A stretch of 37,062 nucleotides of DNA from the sequence record SRR31156797_933. One strand, 5' to 3'. Below, in pieces: positions 8,641 through 16,797 of the stretch. Numbering within the stretch: the first letter of the stretch is position 1; the number at the start of each line of letters is the position of its first letter. The notes beneath the pieces are model-generated. The model did not search any database, had not been told where the DNA came from, and worked only from the letters and a program-made list of their open reading frames with translations. The translations under genes were made by a program, and so were the position numbers.

Positions 8641-10077
8641 ATGTTTATTAGGTTGATCATAACGCTTGTTTTGGGATTTTCATGTTTTGCCTCAATGGCT
8701 CAATATGAAGTAACAGGTACTGTCACCAATACACGTCAAGATAAAGAAATTATTCCTAATCATCCGGTTTACTTTTTTGTTGATTCAGTATTAATTGATA
8801 AGGTAAATACTAACCTACAGGGCTCATATAGTTATTTTTTTGAAGAAAACTTAAATGGCGCATTAATCATAAAAACTGTTGGGTTTTGTGACTCCTGGAT
8901 AATTTATACAGATACTTTAGGTAGGTCATCAAAAGACGTCACAATTATTAATTTTGAAATTTGTCATCAAGATACTTCCGCTTCATGTATCTCCTCTTTT
9001 GAATATGAACATGTCGATTCGGTAACACTCAATTTTAAACCTAATCATAATTTAGAGAATTTAATGGATTATGACTGGGATTTTGGAGATAATCAAAATG
9101 GTAGCAATGACTATAATCCTCAATACCAATATGCAGATCAAAATGTTTATGTAGTCCAATTAATTACTACTAACCCATTTGGATGTGTAGATACAAGTAT
9201 AAGTGAGGTCCTTGCCAGTGATAATACATTAGTTAGGGGCCAACTTTCAATTCCAAACAATTTTTTTGCAAATGCATTTATTCATTTAATAGGGATTGAG
9301 GACAATTTAATAAAAGAAACTGTGTATCCTAATGAGCAAGGATTCTATCAGATTTGGTGCGAACCTGATGATTATATTATTAAAATTGTTCCTGACCTAG
9401 ATATTGATGATTACTTTCCAAGGGTATTGTCAACATATTTAGGAGGGACAATTGATTGGCTTGAAGCCGAGGTAATTACAGATGAACATGAAATTAAAGA
9501 TGTGAATATTGAAGCACTTACTTCTGTTTTTATTCCAAATAGTTTTAATAAAATTTCTGTTAAGTTAGAGGCGGATTTTAACTTAAATCAATTACCAATA
9601 GGAGTTTATTTATTAGATGAAAATTTTGAACCTATTGATTTTGGAAAAGAAGTAGCTCAAGATCGTTTTGAGTTTGATGGTCTCCCCCGCGGTACATATT
9701 ATGTATTTCCCGAATGCCCTGGAAGAAATTCAAATCCTTATCAAGTTGTTTTTGAGTATACAGGTGAAGCACCTGTCTTTCTTGAGTTCATAGTGCAAGA
9801 TACAGAAATTAAACCTGTTGGGATTAATGATCTTGTAAGAAACGATGATCGGTTTAATCTTTATCCTATCCCAGTAAAAAACTTATTAAATATAAAAGCA
9901 GAATACCCTGTTTCTAAAATCCAGATTACTGATGCCAGTGGCAGATTATTTTCCTCACAGCAGTTCGGAATGGAAAAAAATTGTTCGCTATCAACACATA
10001 ACTGGCCCCAGGGAATTTATTTTGTGACAGTTTTTTTTGACGGGCAACCTCCTGGCTGTCAGAAGATTATAAAATAA
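8641..10077 (+). CDS. Secreted PKD/Ig-like domain protein with T9SS type A C-terminal sorting domain
   Basis: Signal peptide ending SMA-Q, YDWDFGD PKD motif, CTD LYPIPVKNLLNI..DASGR..QGIYFV..KIIK. Confidence 0.88.
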   Translation: MFIRLIITLVLGFSCFASMAQYEVTGTVTNTRQDKEIIPNHPVYFFVDSVLIDKVNTNLQGSYSYFFEENLNGALIIKTVGFCDSWIIYTDTLGRSSKDVTIINFEICHQDTSASCISSFEYEHVDSVTLNFKPNHNLENLMDYDWDFGDNQNGSNDYNPQYQYADQNVYVVQLITTNPFGCVDTSISEVLASDNTLVRGQLSIPNNFFANAFIHLIGIEDNLIKETVYPNEQGFYQIWCEPDDYIIKIVPDLDIDDYFPRVLSTYLGGTIDWLEAEVITDEHEIKDVNIEALTSVFIPNSFNKISVKLEADFNLNQLPIGVYLLDENFEPIDFGKEVAQDRFEFDGLPRGTYYVFPECPGRNSNPYQVVFEYTGEAPVFLEFIVQDTEIKPVGINDLVRNDDRFNLYPIPVKNLLNIKAEYPVSKIQITDASGRLFSSQQFGMEKNCSLSTHNWPQGIYFVTVFFDGQPPGCQKIIK

Positions 10078-10103
10078 TTTATAATTTCTTCATAATTTCT
10101 TTA

Positions 10104-10128
10104 CAACCATTTAAATTCTTTGTGTCTT
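10104..10128 (+). promoter_or_regulatory. Second copy of putative ECF promoter CAACC-N12-TGTGTCTT
   Basis: caacc 10104-10108, 12-nt spacer, tgtgtctt 10121-10128; identical boxes and spacing to 6372-6396. Confidence 0.65.
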
Positions 10129-10134
10129 ATAATT

Positions 10135-10418
10135 GAAAAGAAAATTGAGATTATTCACACCCGTTTGTATCTCATTTACTTTGAACGCTCCCTGCCTTAT
10201 CCCCAAAACAGGCTTTTTTATAAGGTAGGTTATTTTTTAAAAGGATCGGGTTTAGAGAGGTTTATTACAATTGTCTGCAAATACTTATACAAAGATTTCC
10301 CGATAGGCCATCAATTTTAGGGTTAACAGCTATGAGAATCCATTAGAATTGCACCCGATCCTGCTTCTTCCGCTCAATTTAGCAGGATTTCGGTCATTAA
10401 CCGGAATCCTTTTCTTTT
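10135..10418 (+). ncRNA. Candidate structured small RNA or attenuator leader (no family recognised)
   Basis: Bounded by ECF-type promoter and terminator; helices 10146-51/10169-74, 10191-200/10220-29, 10242-51/10353-62, 10358-65/10381-88, 10384-94/10400-10. Confidence 0.5.
10384..10418 (+). terminator. Intrinsic terminator upstream of the cyclase gene
   Basis: 11-bp stem AGGATTTCGGT/ACCGGAATCCT (one G-U), 5-nt loop, followed by TTTCTTTT. Confidence 0.75.
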
Positions 10419-10445
10419 GTAAAATATTTACTATATTTAGGCTTC

Positions 10446-11963
10446 ATGATTGCAAGTAAATCAATATCGATTGTGATACTTGGAAGCCCTTCTGGATTTA
10501 GTATTTCTGAATTAGAAGCAGCTTTGGATTACCATAAATTTATTCAATGTAACGATATTTCAAAATTGAAAAATGACTTTGACTTATTGTTGATTTTTGA
10601 AGATGTTGATTCTTTTTCCAGAAAATATATTCGAGGTAACGCCCAAATATGGGCTTTAGCAAGCTTGCAAAATAGATTCTGGGCTGACGATTTATTACCT
10701 GGCAATTGCGATATTTCATTTATTAAAGAAAAAATTCTCCATTTTGTAAACCGTAATATAAATGTATCAATGGCCAATAGAGCTTTGATGCAGTTGGCTA
10801 ATTCTATTAATAACTCTGTAGCAATTTGTGATTCAGAAGGCCTTTTAATATGGACAAATGCGGCATTTGAAGCTATTTACGGGTATACAAGAAAGGAATT
10901 TATAGAACTTTATGGAGAAAATATTTTTGAGTTCAGTAGGGAAGAGGGTATTAGCGAAAAAGTTCAGAGCATAAAATCAGACAAAGAACCTGTAAATTAT
11001 ATATCTGATATTATAACTAAAAAAGGCGAGAACAAATCACTTCAAACTACCTTGTCTCCTGTATTTGAACAAGGCAAATTGAAATGGATTGTAGCTATTG
11101 AAAGTGATATAACAGAAATAAGAAAATCAGGAGAATTAATTCAAGAAAAGAGTGATTCTTTGAAAGATCTTACGAAGGAATTGCAAGTTGTAAATCAGGA
11201 ATTACAGGCTCAGCGTGATCAGTTAAATGATAAGCATGAGGAGCTTACTAAGGAAAAGCAAAGAACTGATGAGTTGTTACATAATATTTTACCTGAAATT
11301 GTCGCTCATCAGTTAAAGAAAGGTAAAAAGAAACCTAAACGACATAAATCAGTAACAGTGATGTTTGCAGACTTTAAGGGTTTTACAAAAATATGCAAGC
11401 AACTTGATCCACCTGAGATTGTAAATACTTTAGATGAATTGTTTTCTGAATTTGATCGTATTGTGGAGAAGCACTTTATTGAGAAGATTAAAACTATTGG
11501 TGATGCTTATATGTGCGCAGGCGGAATGCCCATGAAAAATAATAGCCACCCTGTAAATATTGTAATGGCAGCGTTAGAGATTCAACAATTTCTTTTTGAG
11601 TATAATAAACCTCGAATGATTAATAAGGAAATTGTATGGGAATGTCGTATTGGAGTCCATTCAGGAGAAGTATTTGCAGGTGTAGTAGGAGAGAAAAAGT
11701 TTGCCTATGATATTTGGGGCGATACAGTAAATTTAGCTGCACGAATGGAAACTGCAGGAGCTGTTAATACAGTCAATATCTCAGATTCCACTTATGAATT
11801 GGTGAAAGAATATTTTGTGTGCATACCCAGGGGAGAAATCGAGGTTAAAAATATTGGTAAAGCCAATATGTATTTTGTTCAAGGATTAAAACCTGAATAT
11901 ACTGATGATCCAATAGGCGTAATACCAAACGAAAAATTCAATAATATTTTAAGAAGTCTATAA
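10446..11963 (+). CDS. Class III adenylate cyclase with degenerate receiver-like N-terminus, PAS domain and coiled coil
   Basis: VMFADFKGFT, KIKTIGDAYM, RIGVHSG, YDIWGDTVNLAARME; PAS signature IWTNAAFEAIYGYTRKE...ESDITE; heptad region before ELLHNILP. Confidence 0.93.
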   Translation: MIASKSISIVILGSPSGFSISELEAALDYHKFIQCNDISKLKNDFDLLLIFEDVDSFSRKYIRGNAQIWALASLQNRFWADDLLPGNCDISFIKEKILHFVNRNINVSMANRALMQLANSINNSVAICDSEGLLIWTNAAFEAIYGYTRKEFIELYGENIFEFSREEGISEKVQSIKSDKEPVNYISDIITKKGENKSLQTTLSPVFEQGKLKWIVAIESDITEIRKSGELIQEKSDSLKDLTKELQVVNQELQAQRDQLNDKHEELTKEKQRTDELLHNILPEIVAHQLKKGKKKPKRHKSVTVMFADFKGFTKICKQLDPPEIVNTLDELFSEFDRIVEKHFIEKIKTIGDAYMCAGGMPMKNNSHPVNIVMAALEIQQFLFEYNKPRMINKEIVWECRIGVHSGEVFAGVVGEKKFAYDIWGDTVNLAARMETAGAVNTVNISDSTYELVKEYFVCIPRGEIEVKNIGKANMYFVQGLKPEYTDDPIGVIPNEKFNNILRSL

Positions 11964-11997
11964 AAAAAAAGGAGACCAAACTGATCTCCTTTTTTTT
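11962..11997. terminator. Bidirectional intrinsic terminator
   Basis: A9-GGAGA ... TCTCC-T8 between convergent genes. Confidence 0.88.
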
Positions 11998-12008
11998 ACT
12001 TATATTAT

Positions 12009-12410
12009 TTAGAAGCATAACGATTGACGGCTAGCTTCTACCATTAATTGACGAATGTGTTTACTTAATACATTTTTTATTTCTTCAATGTCTGCTGCAC
12101 TCATTTTACCTGTTGTACAAAACGCGTTAATATACGCATCTTCAGCAGCTTCGCAACCATCAGGATATCCTTCTGTTGGATTATCAGCATCACACATAAA
12201 ATTTTCTCCATTAGGATTTACAATATAACAATCTTGTGATTCATCAGTTGGACAGCATATTGTAGGTATATCACATTGAGGATATAGTTCTTCAAACTCA
12301 TCAATGGATAGACATACATCTTCATCATCTTCCTCTTCTCCACATCCCCAGTTAAATACAACCAGTGATGCTAATAATACGATTGGTAGTAAAAAAATTC
12401 TTTTTTTCAT
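12009..12410 (-). CDS. Small acidic cysteine-rich lipoprotein, unknown function
   Basis: MKKR + hydrophobic stretch + WG-C lipobox, acidic GEEEDDED after the Cys, nine further Cys. Confidence 0.8.
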   Translation of the reverse strand: MKKRIFLLPIVLLASLVVFNWGCGEEEDDEDVCLSIDEFEELYPQCDIPTICCPTDESQDCYIVNPNGENFMCDADNPTEGYPDGCEAAEDAYINAFCTTGKMSAADIEEIKNVLSKHIRQLMVEASRQSLCF

Positions 12411-12415
12411 AATAG

Positions 12416-13090
12416 TTAGTTTTGGTTATTTAACGATAGTTGTTTTGTCAAAGTTAGATATTTATTTATTATTTTTTGGAAATCTTCAAATGATCTATAA
12501 CCCATATATACCTGATTTCCTATAACAAAAGTTGGCGTGCCTTTAAATTCCAATCTTTCAAATTCATTCATGTTTTCTAGTAAATAATCTCGAGCTTCAG
12601 TTCCATCAATGCACTCACCTACAAAAGGTTCCTGTTCAATAAATCCATCAACCATATCCTGAAATTCAGTTGTATACATCACCTTAAAGTTAGCCAAAAG
12701 TAACTTATGTAAATAGGTGAAATTACCGTATTTATTAATGCAAACACAAGTTCTGAGCGCACGCACTCTTTCAGGAACTTTTGTTTTTGCAGTTATACGG
12801 TAAATAACTTTTAAATGTTTGTGTTGGATATAGGTGCTATCTAGTTTGGGAAAAACTTCTTCAAAAAACTTTCTGCAATAATCACACTGATAGCTGGCAT
12901 ATACATACATGGATAAATCGGCTGAATCATTTCCAAAAATGATGTCCATATCACGTTCTGATAATAATTCTTTGGCTATTGATTGGCTTTTATCTTTTGG
13001 TTGATATTTTTGGATAATCTGATATACAAGTATCACCAATAATATTCCAGATATTATAAGAACAATGATATGTGTTTTATTCAATTTCAT
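12416..13090 (-). CDS. DsbA-family thioredoxin-fold protein, N-terminally anchored
   Basis: YASYQCDYC (CxxC), GTPTFVIG cis-Pro loop, N-terminal TM helix; 4-bp overlap with upstream gene. Confidence 0.87.
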   Translation of the reverse strand: MKLNKTHIIVLIISGILLVILVYQIIQKYQPKDKSQSIAKELLSERDMDIIFGNDSADLSMYVYASYQCDYCRKFFEEVFPKLDSTYIQHKHLKVIYRITAKTKVPERVRALRTCVCINKYGNFTYLHKLLLANFKVMYTTEFQDMVDGFIEQEPFVGECIDGTEARDYLLENMNEFERLEFKGTPTFVIGNQVYMGYRSFEDFQKIINKYLTLTKQLSLNNQN

Positions 13091-16000
13091 TTTACATCTT
13101 CTTGTTTTTTAGCTACATTTTCTTTTCTATCTAAATCAGTACTGAAGTTCACTAAACGCGGGTTGAAGATTAAGTTTAATCCTCTTTCTCTTAGCCTAAT
13201 GTTAGTTTTCATAATACGCTGGTAAGTGGATTTATCTGCCCCATATTTTGTTTCACCTTTAATATCTTTAGCAATAAGCTCTAGTCCTTTTCTTTCTCCA
13301 TTTGTGTTTTCAGATTCTTCAGTATCAAAGCCTTGTTCTTTTAATAGTTTTTTATTCTTGCTAAAGAAAACATCACGCAGGAATAGCTTTAAATGGTATT
13401 CATAATCTTCATCAAAGCTTTGCATGCCATAAGCTGATATATCTGTAGCATTGGTAATTATATCTGTTTTCGGGAAATATATTTCGTTTTTATAAATAAA
13501 TACCTGACTAATGAGGGTTTTGAATAACAGACTATCGAGGTCCTTAAGTCCCGGAATAGGTTTTTTAGAGAGCTCTTCAAGCGGCTCGTAATTATATATG
13601 GCGCCATTTTCCAGTTTGAAATTACCTTTTACAAGCATTTTTTCAAATACCACATCATAATCTTTGGTAAATACAAGCCTACCATCTACTTCGCTTGTTA
13701 AAAGACCAGTGATATTGTCACTTGTAAATTCATCCTGATCAAAGTTATTTCCTTCAACCAATAAGCGATGAATATCCATTCTATCAATTATATTTTTAAA
13801 TGAGATGATTATTTGAGTATCTTGTCTTGTATCATAAACCGCTGAAGTATTTATATGTCCATCAAAGGCATTTAGCTTAAATTGATCAGCTACATATAAA
13901 CTGTCATCAACTCTAAATTTGGTTGAAATATCTGTGAATTCCATTCCATCATAAATAGCTTTGTCCATGGCAAATGTTCCCCTGAAAATAATGGGAGGAA
14001 AGTAACTTTCTTCAGTGGCTGTATCCTGTATTTCTTCTTCAGGTGCAGCTATTGGATTATCTGCCTGAGGTCCAAACGCTGATGATTGGCTTTGAGCGTA
14101 TTGGTAGCTATTATTAAAATTACTCACAGATGCTGTATCTGTTGTATCGCCCATGATAATGGGTTCAAATTTGGCATAATCAAATTCACTGGCTTTTACA
14201 TATACATTGCCAATTAATGGTAGGTCTTTTTCTTGTTTGAAGTAAGCTTTGTAGAGGTTCCAAATCTCAGTGGAGTCCATCCACACATCAATACCAAGCA
14301 TTCTTGCATGCAAGTTGTCAACCCGAAGAGTATCATCAGCCATGGCAAAGTCCAAATTCAATTGATCAACTTTAGCTAATGTGTCATCAGGCATGGCAAA
14401 TTCAAAGTCACGCACTTTTAATCTAAGATCGGTTTGCTCAAATGCAATTGGGAATATCTGGGTATCAATGGAATCTAAATCTACAGTTCCATATGTTTTT
14501 AGTGCTAATTCTATTTTACCGGTGATGTGTTCCACATCTGATTTTGGGATATAAGATAGCCACTGATCTATATTTACAGCAAGGTTTGTAGCAATGTCAA
14601 ATGTTGGTTTTTCTAATCCTTGTAATTTCCCTTTCAGGTCAAATTTGGTTTCGCCCAGATCTAAAAACAATGAATCAATATCCATTCCCATGTTGTTCAT
14701 ATCCCGCACTTTACCAAGAATATTTGCCATAAAGGTGAAATTGTTTACATTCACATCAAATCCGGGAGCTTCTACTGTAAGGTCTTTTAATTCAATGCGT
14801 TTTGATGGTTTATAAGCAAATTTAGCATTGAAATTTTTGAACTCCATTACTGAGTCCAGGGCAGTTGATATATCAATGAATTCAATACCAATATTGGTTC
14901 TTGCCATAAAGTAATCGGCACTGTTCATACCAATATCTGATGGTAATTGGCCATGAGATGAGAAGTTAAATTTGATATTACCTTGTAAATATTTTATGTC
15001 TTCTTCGGGCAAAAAGTCTCTGAATTCATCCAATGTAATATTCGCTCTTGTACTTACATTATAAACAGGCTTTTCAAAGTTTGTCACTTTTGCAGCCATA
15101 TCAATACTACTATATGGTGTTCCAATGCTAATGCTGCTGAAGTGGGCACTCATTGTACTCATGTCGTTAGCGTTTGGAACTTTTACCGTTCCTTTAACCG
15201 ATAGATGTTTTAGCTCAGGATAGTCTCGTGTTTTTACTTTAAAATCTGAAAGTTCTATTTTAGTTTCAATTTGGGGTAATGAAATTGTGTCAAAATAGTA
15301 ACCATTTACATTGGTATGTATGTTGATGAATCCTTCAGCATTTTGCACGCCATATTCATCAAGCATTTCTTTTGGGGCATATTTGCTTAATTCTTTTATG
15401 TCAATATCTTCAAGATTTACTTGCATGTTTACAAATATAGAATCACCCAGAGTGGCATCACCATTAATAAAAAGTTTGGCACCGTCTGTTATAAAATCGA
15501 TGGCCTCAATTTTAACTTTGCCATCGTCATAATCGAGATCAAAAGCAAGTGATGTTTGATTCATTAAATGGGCATTGGTTGATTCGAATTTTACATTACT
15601 CAATTCAACTTTTCCTTTAAGCGCTCCTTTATAGTATTCGTTGAGTACACGCCCTTGAATATCCATTTCCGGGATGTGAACGTTAGCTGCTGCTCCCATT
15701 GTAGCATCGGCATATTTTATATTTACATCACGAATGGTAAGGTTTTGCAATATCATATCCAATACACTGGATGATGTGTCGGCAACAGTTGTATCTTCTT
15801 CTACAACCTCTGTTGTATCTGAAGCTGTAAGAAAATCGATATTTCCTTTACCCAAAGAATCTACAAGGTAATTAAAGGAGAATCCTTCGATTTCAACTTT
15901 ATGGATTTCTATTTTGTTGCTTAACAGTGGTTTAGTTTTTACAGATACATAAAGTTTTCTGAGATGCAGCAATGTGTCATTTTCAAAATGCTTGGAATCT

Positions 16001-16254
16001 TTTCTGGTGGTTCCAAAATTAACACCACTCATTTCAAATGTTGCGTATGGAAAATTTCTGAATAGCAGTAGCTCTATATTTTCAACCTGAACAGGAGCAT
16101 CAAACATAGTTTCAACTTCCTCAAGTGCAATACCAGTAATGGTATTCTCATTTTGGAAAGCAATACCAGCTAACACAAGTATTAAGAAAATGAGCGACAG
16201 CACTGTGAACAATAAAATTTTGAGCGTTTTTCCTATTATTTTTTTTGCTTTCAT
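13087..16254 (-). CDS. AsmA-family protein (N-terminal anchor, beta-rich, AsmA-like C-terminus)
   Basis: N-terminal TM, FRNFPY motif, long amphipathic beta-strand content, C-terminal GMQSFDEDYEYHLKL. Confidence 0.8.
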   Translation of the reverse strand: MKAKKIIGKTLKILLFTVLSLIFLILVLAGIAFQNENTITGIALEEVETMFDAPVQVENIELLLFRNFPYATFEMSGVNFGTTRKDSKHFENDTLLHLRKLYVSVKTKPLLSNKIEIHKVEIEGFSFNYLVDSLGKGNIDFLTASDTTEVVEEDTTVADTSSSVLDMILQNLTIRDVNIKYADATMGAAANVHIPEMDIQGRVLNEYYKGALKGKVELSNVKFESTNAHLMNQTSLAFDLDYDDGKVKIEAIDFITDGAKLFINGDATLGDSIFVNMQVNLEDIDIKELSKYAPKEMLDEYGVQNAEGFINIHTNVNGYYFDTISLPQIETKIELSDFKVKTRDYPELKHLSVKGTVKVPNANDMSTMSAHFSSISIGTPYSSIDMAAKVTNFEKPVYNVSTRANITLDEFRDFLPEEDIKYLQGNIKFNFSSHGQLPSDIGMNSADYFMARTNIGIEFIDISTALDSVMEFKNFNAKFAYKPSKRIELKDLTVEAPGFDVNVNNFTFMANILGKVRDMNNMGMDIDSLFLDLGETKFDLKGKLQGLEKPTFDIATNLAVNIDQWLSYIPKSDVEHITGKIELALKTYGTVDLDSIDTQIFPIAFEQTDLRLKVRDFEFAMPDDTLAKVDQLNLDFAMADDTLRVDNLHARMLGIDVWMDSTEIWNLYKAYFKQEKDLPLIGNVYVKASEFDYAKFEPIIMGDTTDTASVSNFNNSYQYAQSQSSAFGPQADNPIAAPEEEIQDTATEESYFPPIIFRGTFAMDKAIYDGMEFTDISTKFRVDDSLYVADQFKLNAFDGHINTSAVYDTRQDTQIIISFKNIIDRMDIHRLLVEGNNFDQDEFTSDNITGLLTSEVDGRLVFTKDYDVVFEKMLVKGNFKLENGAIYNYEPLEELSKKPIPGLKDLDSLLFKTLISQVFIYKNEIYFPKTDIITNATDISAYGMQSFDEDYEYHLKLFLRDVFFSKNKKLLKEQGFDTEESENTNGERKGLELIAKDIKGETKYGADKSTYQRIMKTNIRLRERGLNLIFNPRLVNFSTDLDRKENVAKKQEDVK

Positions 16255-16275
16255 TGCTATTTGAGTCTTTATGTC

Positions 16276-16797
16276 TTAATCGAAAATCTTTTTGATCCAT
16301 TTTTTCTTTTGGGAGCTCAGTGCTTCTTCAAGTCTTTTGCCTCTTAGATTTGTTGCAATTACTTTTCCTTCTCCATCCACAAGAAAACTTGCCGGAACTG
16401 CTCTTATTTTATAAAGTTTAGCAGCGGCATTTCTCCAACCTTTCAAATCACTTACATGATATGGCCATGGCAACTGGTCAGTTTGTATGGCATTTATCCA
16501 TCTTTCTTTATTTGAGTCCAGAGAAACACTGAATATTGTAAACCCTTTAGCATTTGTGAATTCTGCATTTTTGTACTCCTCATATGCAGCTACCAGATTT
16601 GGGTTTTCTCTACGGCAAGGGGCACACCATGATGCCCAAAAATCTACCAGTACTAATTGACCTCTTAAATCAGACAGTTTAATTTCTTCTCCTTGTGTAT
16701 TAGTTTGAACAATATCGGGTGCTACATCACCAACTTTAACACCTTGCGAAATACCTTGAATCGATAAAAATAAAAATACAATAACTAAAACTCTCAT
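16276..16797 (-). CDS. TlpA/ResA-family disulfide reductase
   Basis: GDVAPDI, LVDFWASWCAPCRRENP, SVSLD, YKIRAVPASFLVD; signal peptide. Confidence 0.93.
   Translation of the reverse strand: MRVLVIVFLFLSIQGISQGVKVGDVAPDIVQTNTQGEEIKLSDLRGQLVLVDFWASWCAPCRRENPNLVAAYEEYKNAEFTNAKGFTIFSVSLDSNKERWINAIQTDQLPWPYHVSDLKGWRNAAAKLYKIRAVPASFLVDGEGKVIATNLRGKRLEEALSSQKKKWIKKIFD

Noticed and set aside
10044-10060. GCAACC...TGTC inside the T9SS cargo gene as a third ECF promoter
   Set aside because: Spacing is 7 nt shorter than in the two intergenic copies, and it lies in coding sequence
10120-10320. 66-aa ORF (MCLIIEKK...) in the intergenic region
   Set aside because: Its TTG start overlaps the putative -10 box, it has no recognisable features, and it runs through strong RNA helices; a leader-peptide role is not excluded but is unsupported
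10446-11963. Cyclase as part of a Pycsar/CBASS anti-phage system
   Set aside because: ATP-specifying residues and a PAS sensory input are present, with no adjacent cNMP-binding TM/TIR effector and no defence-island context
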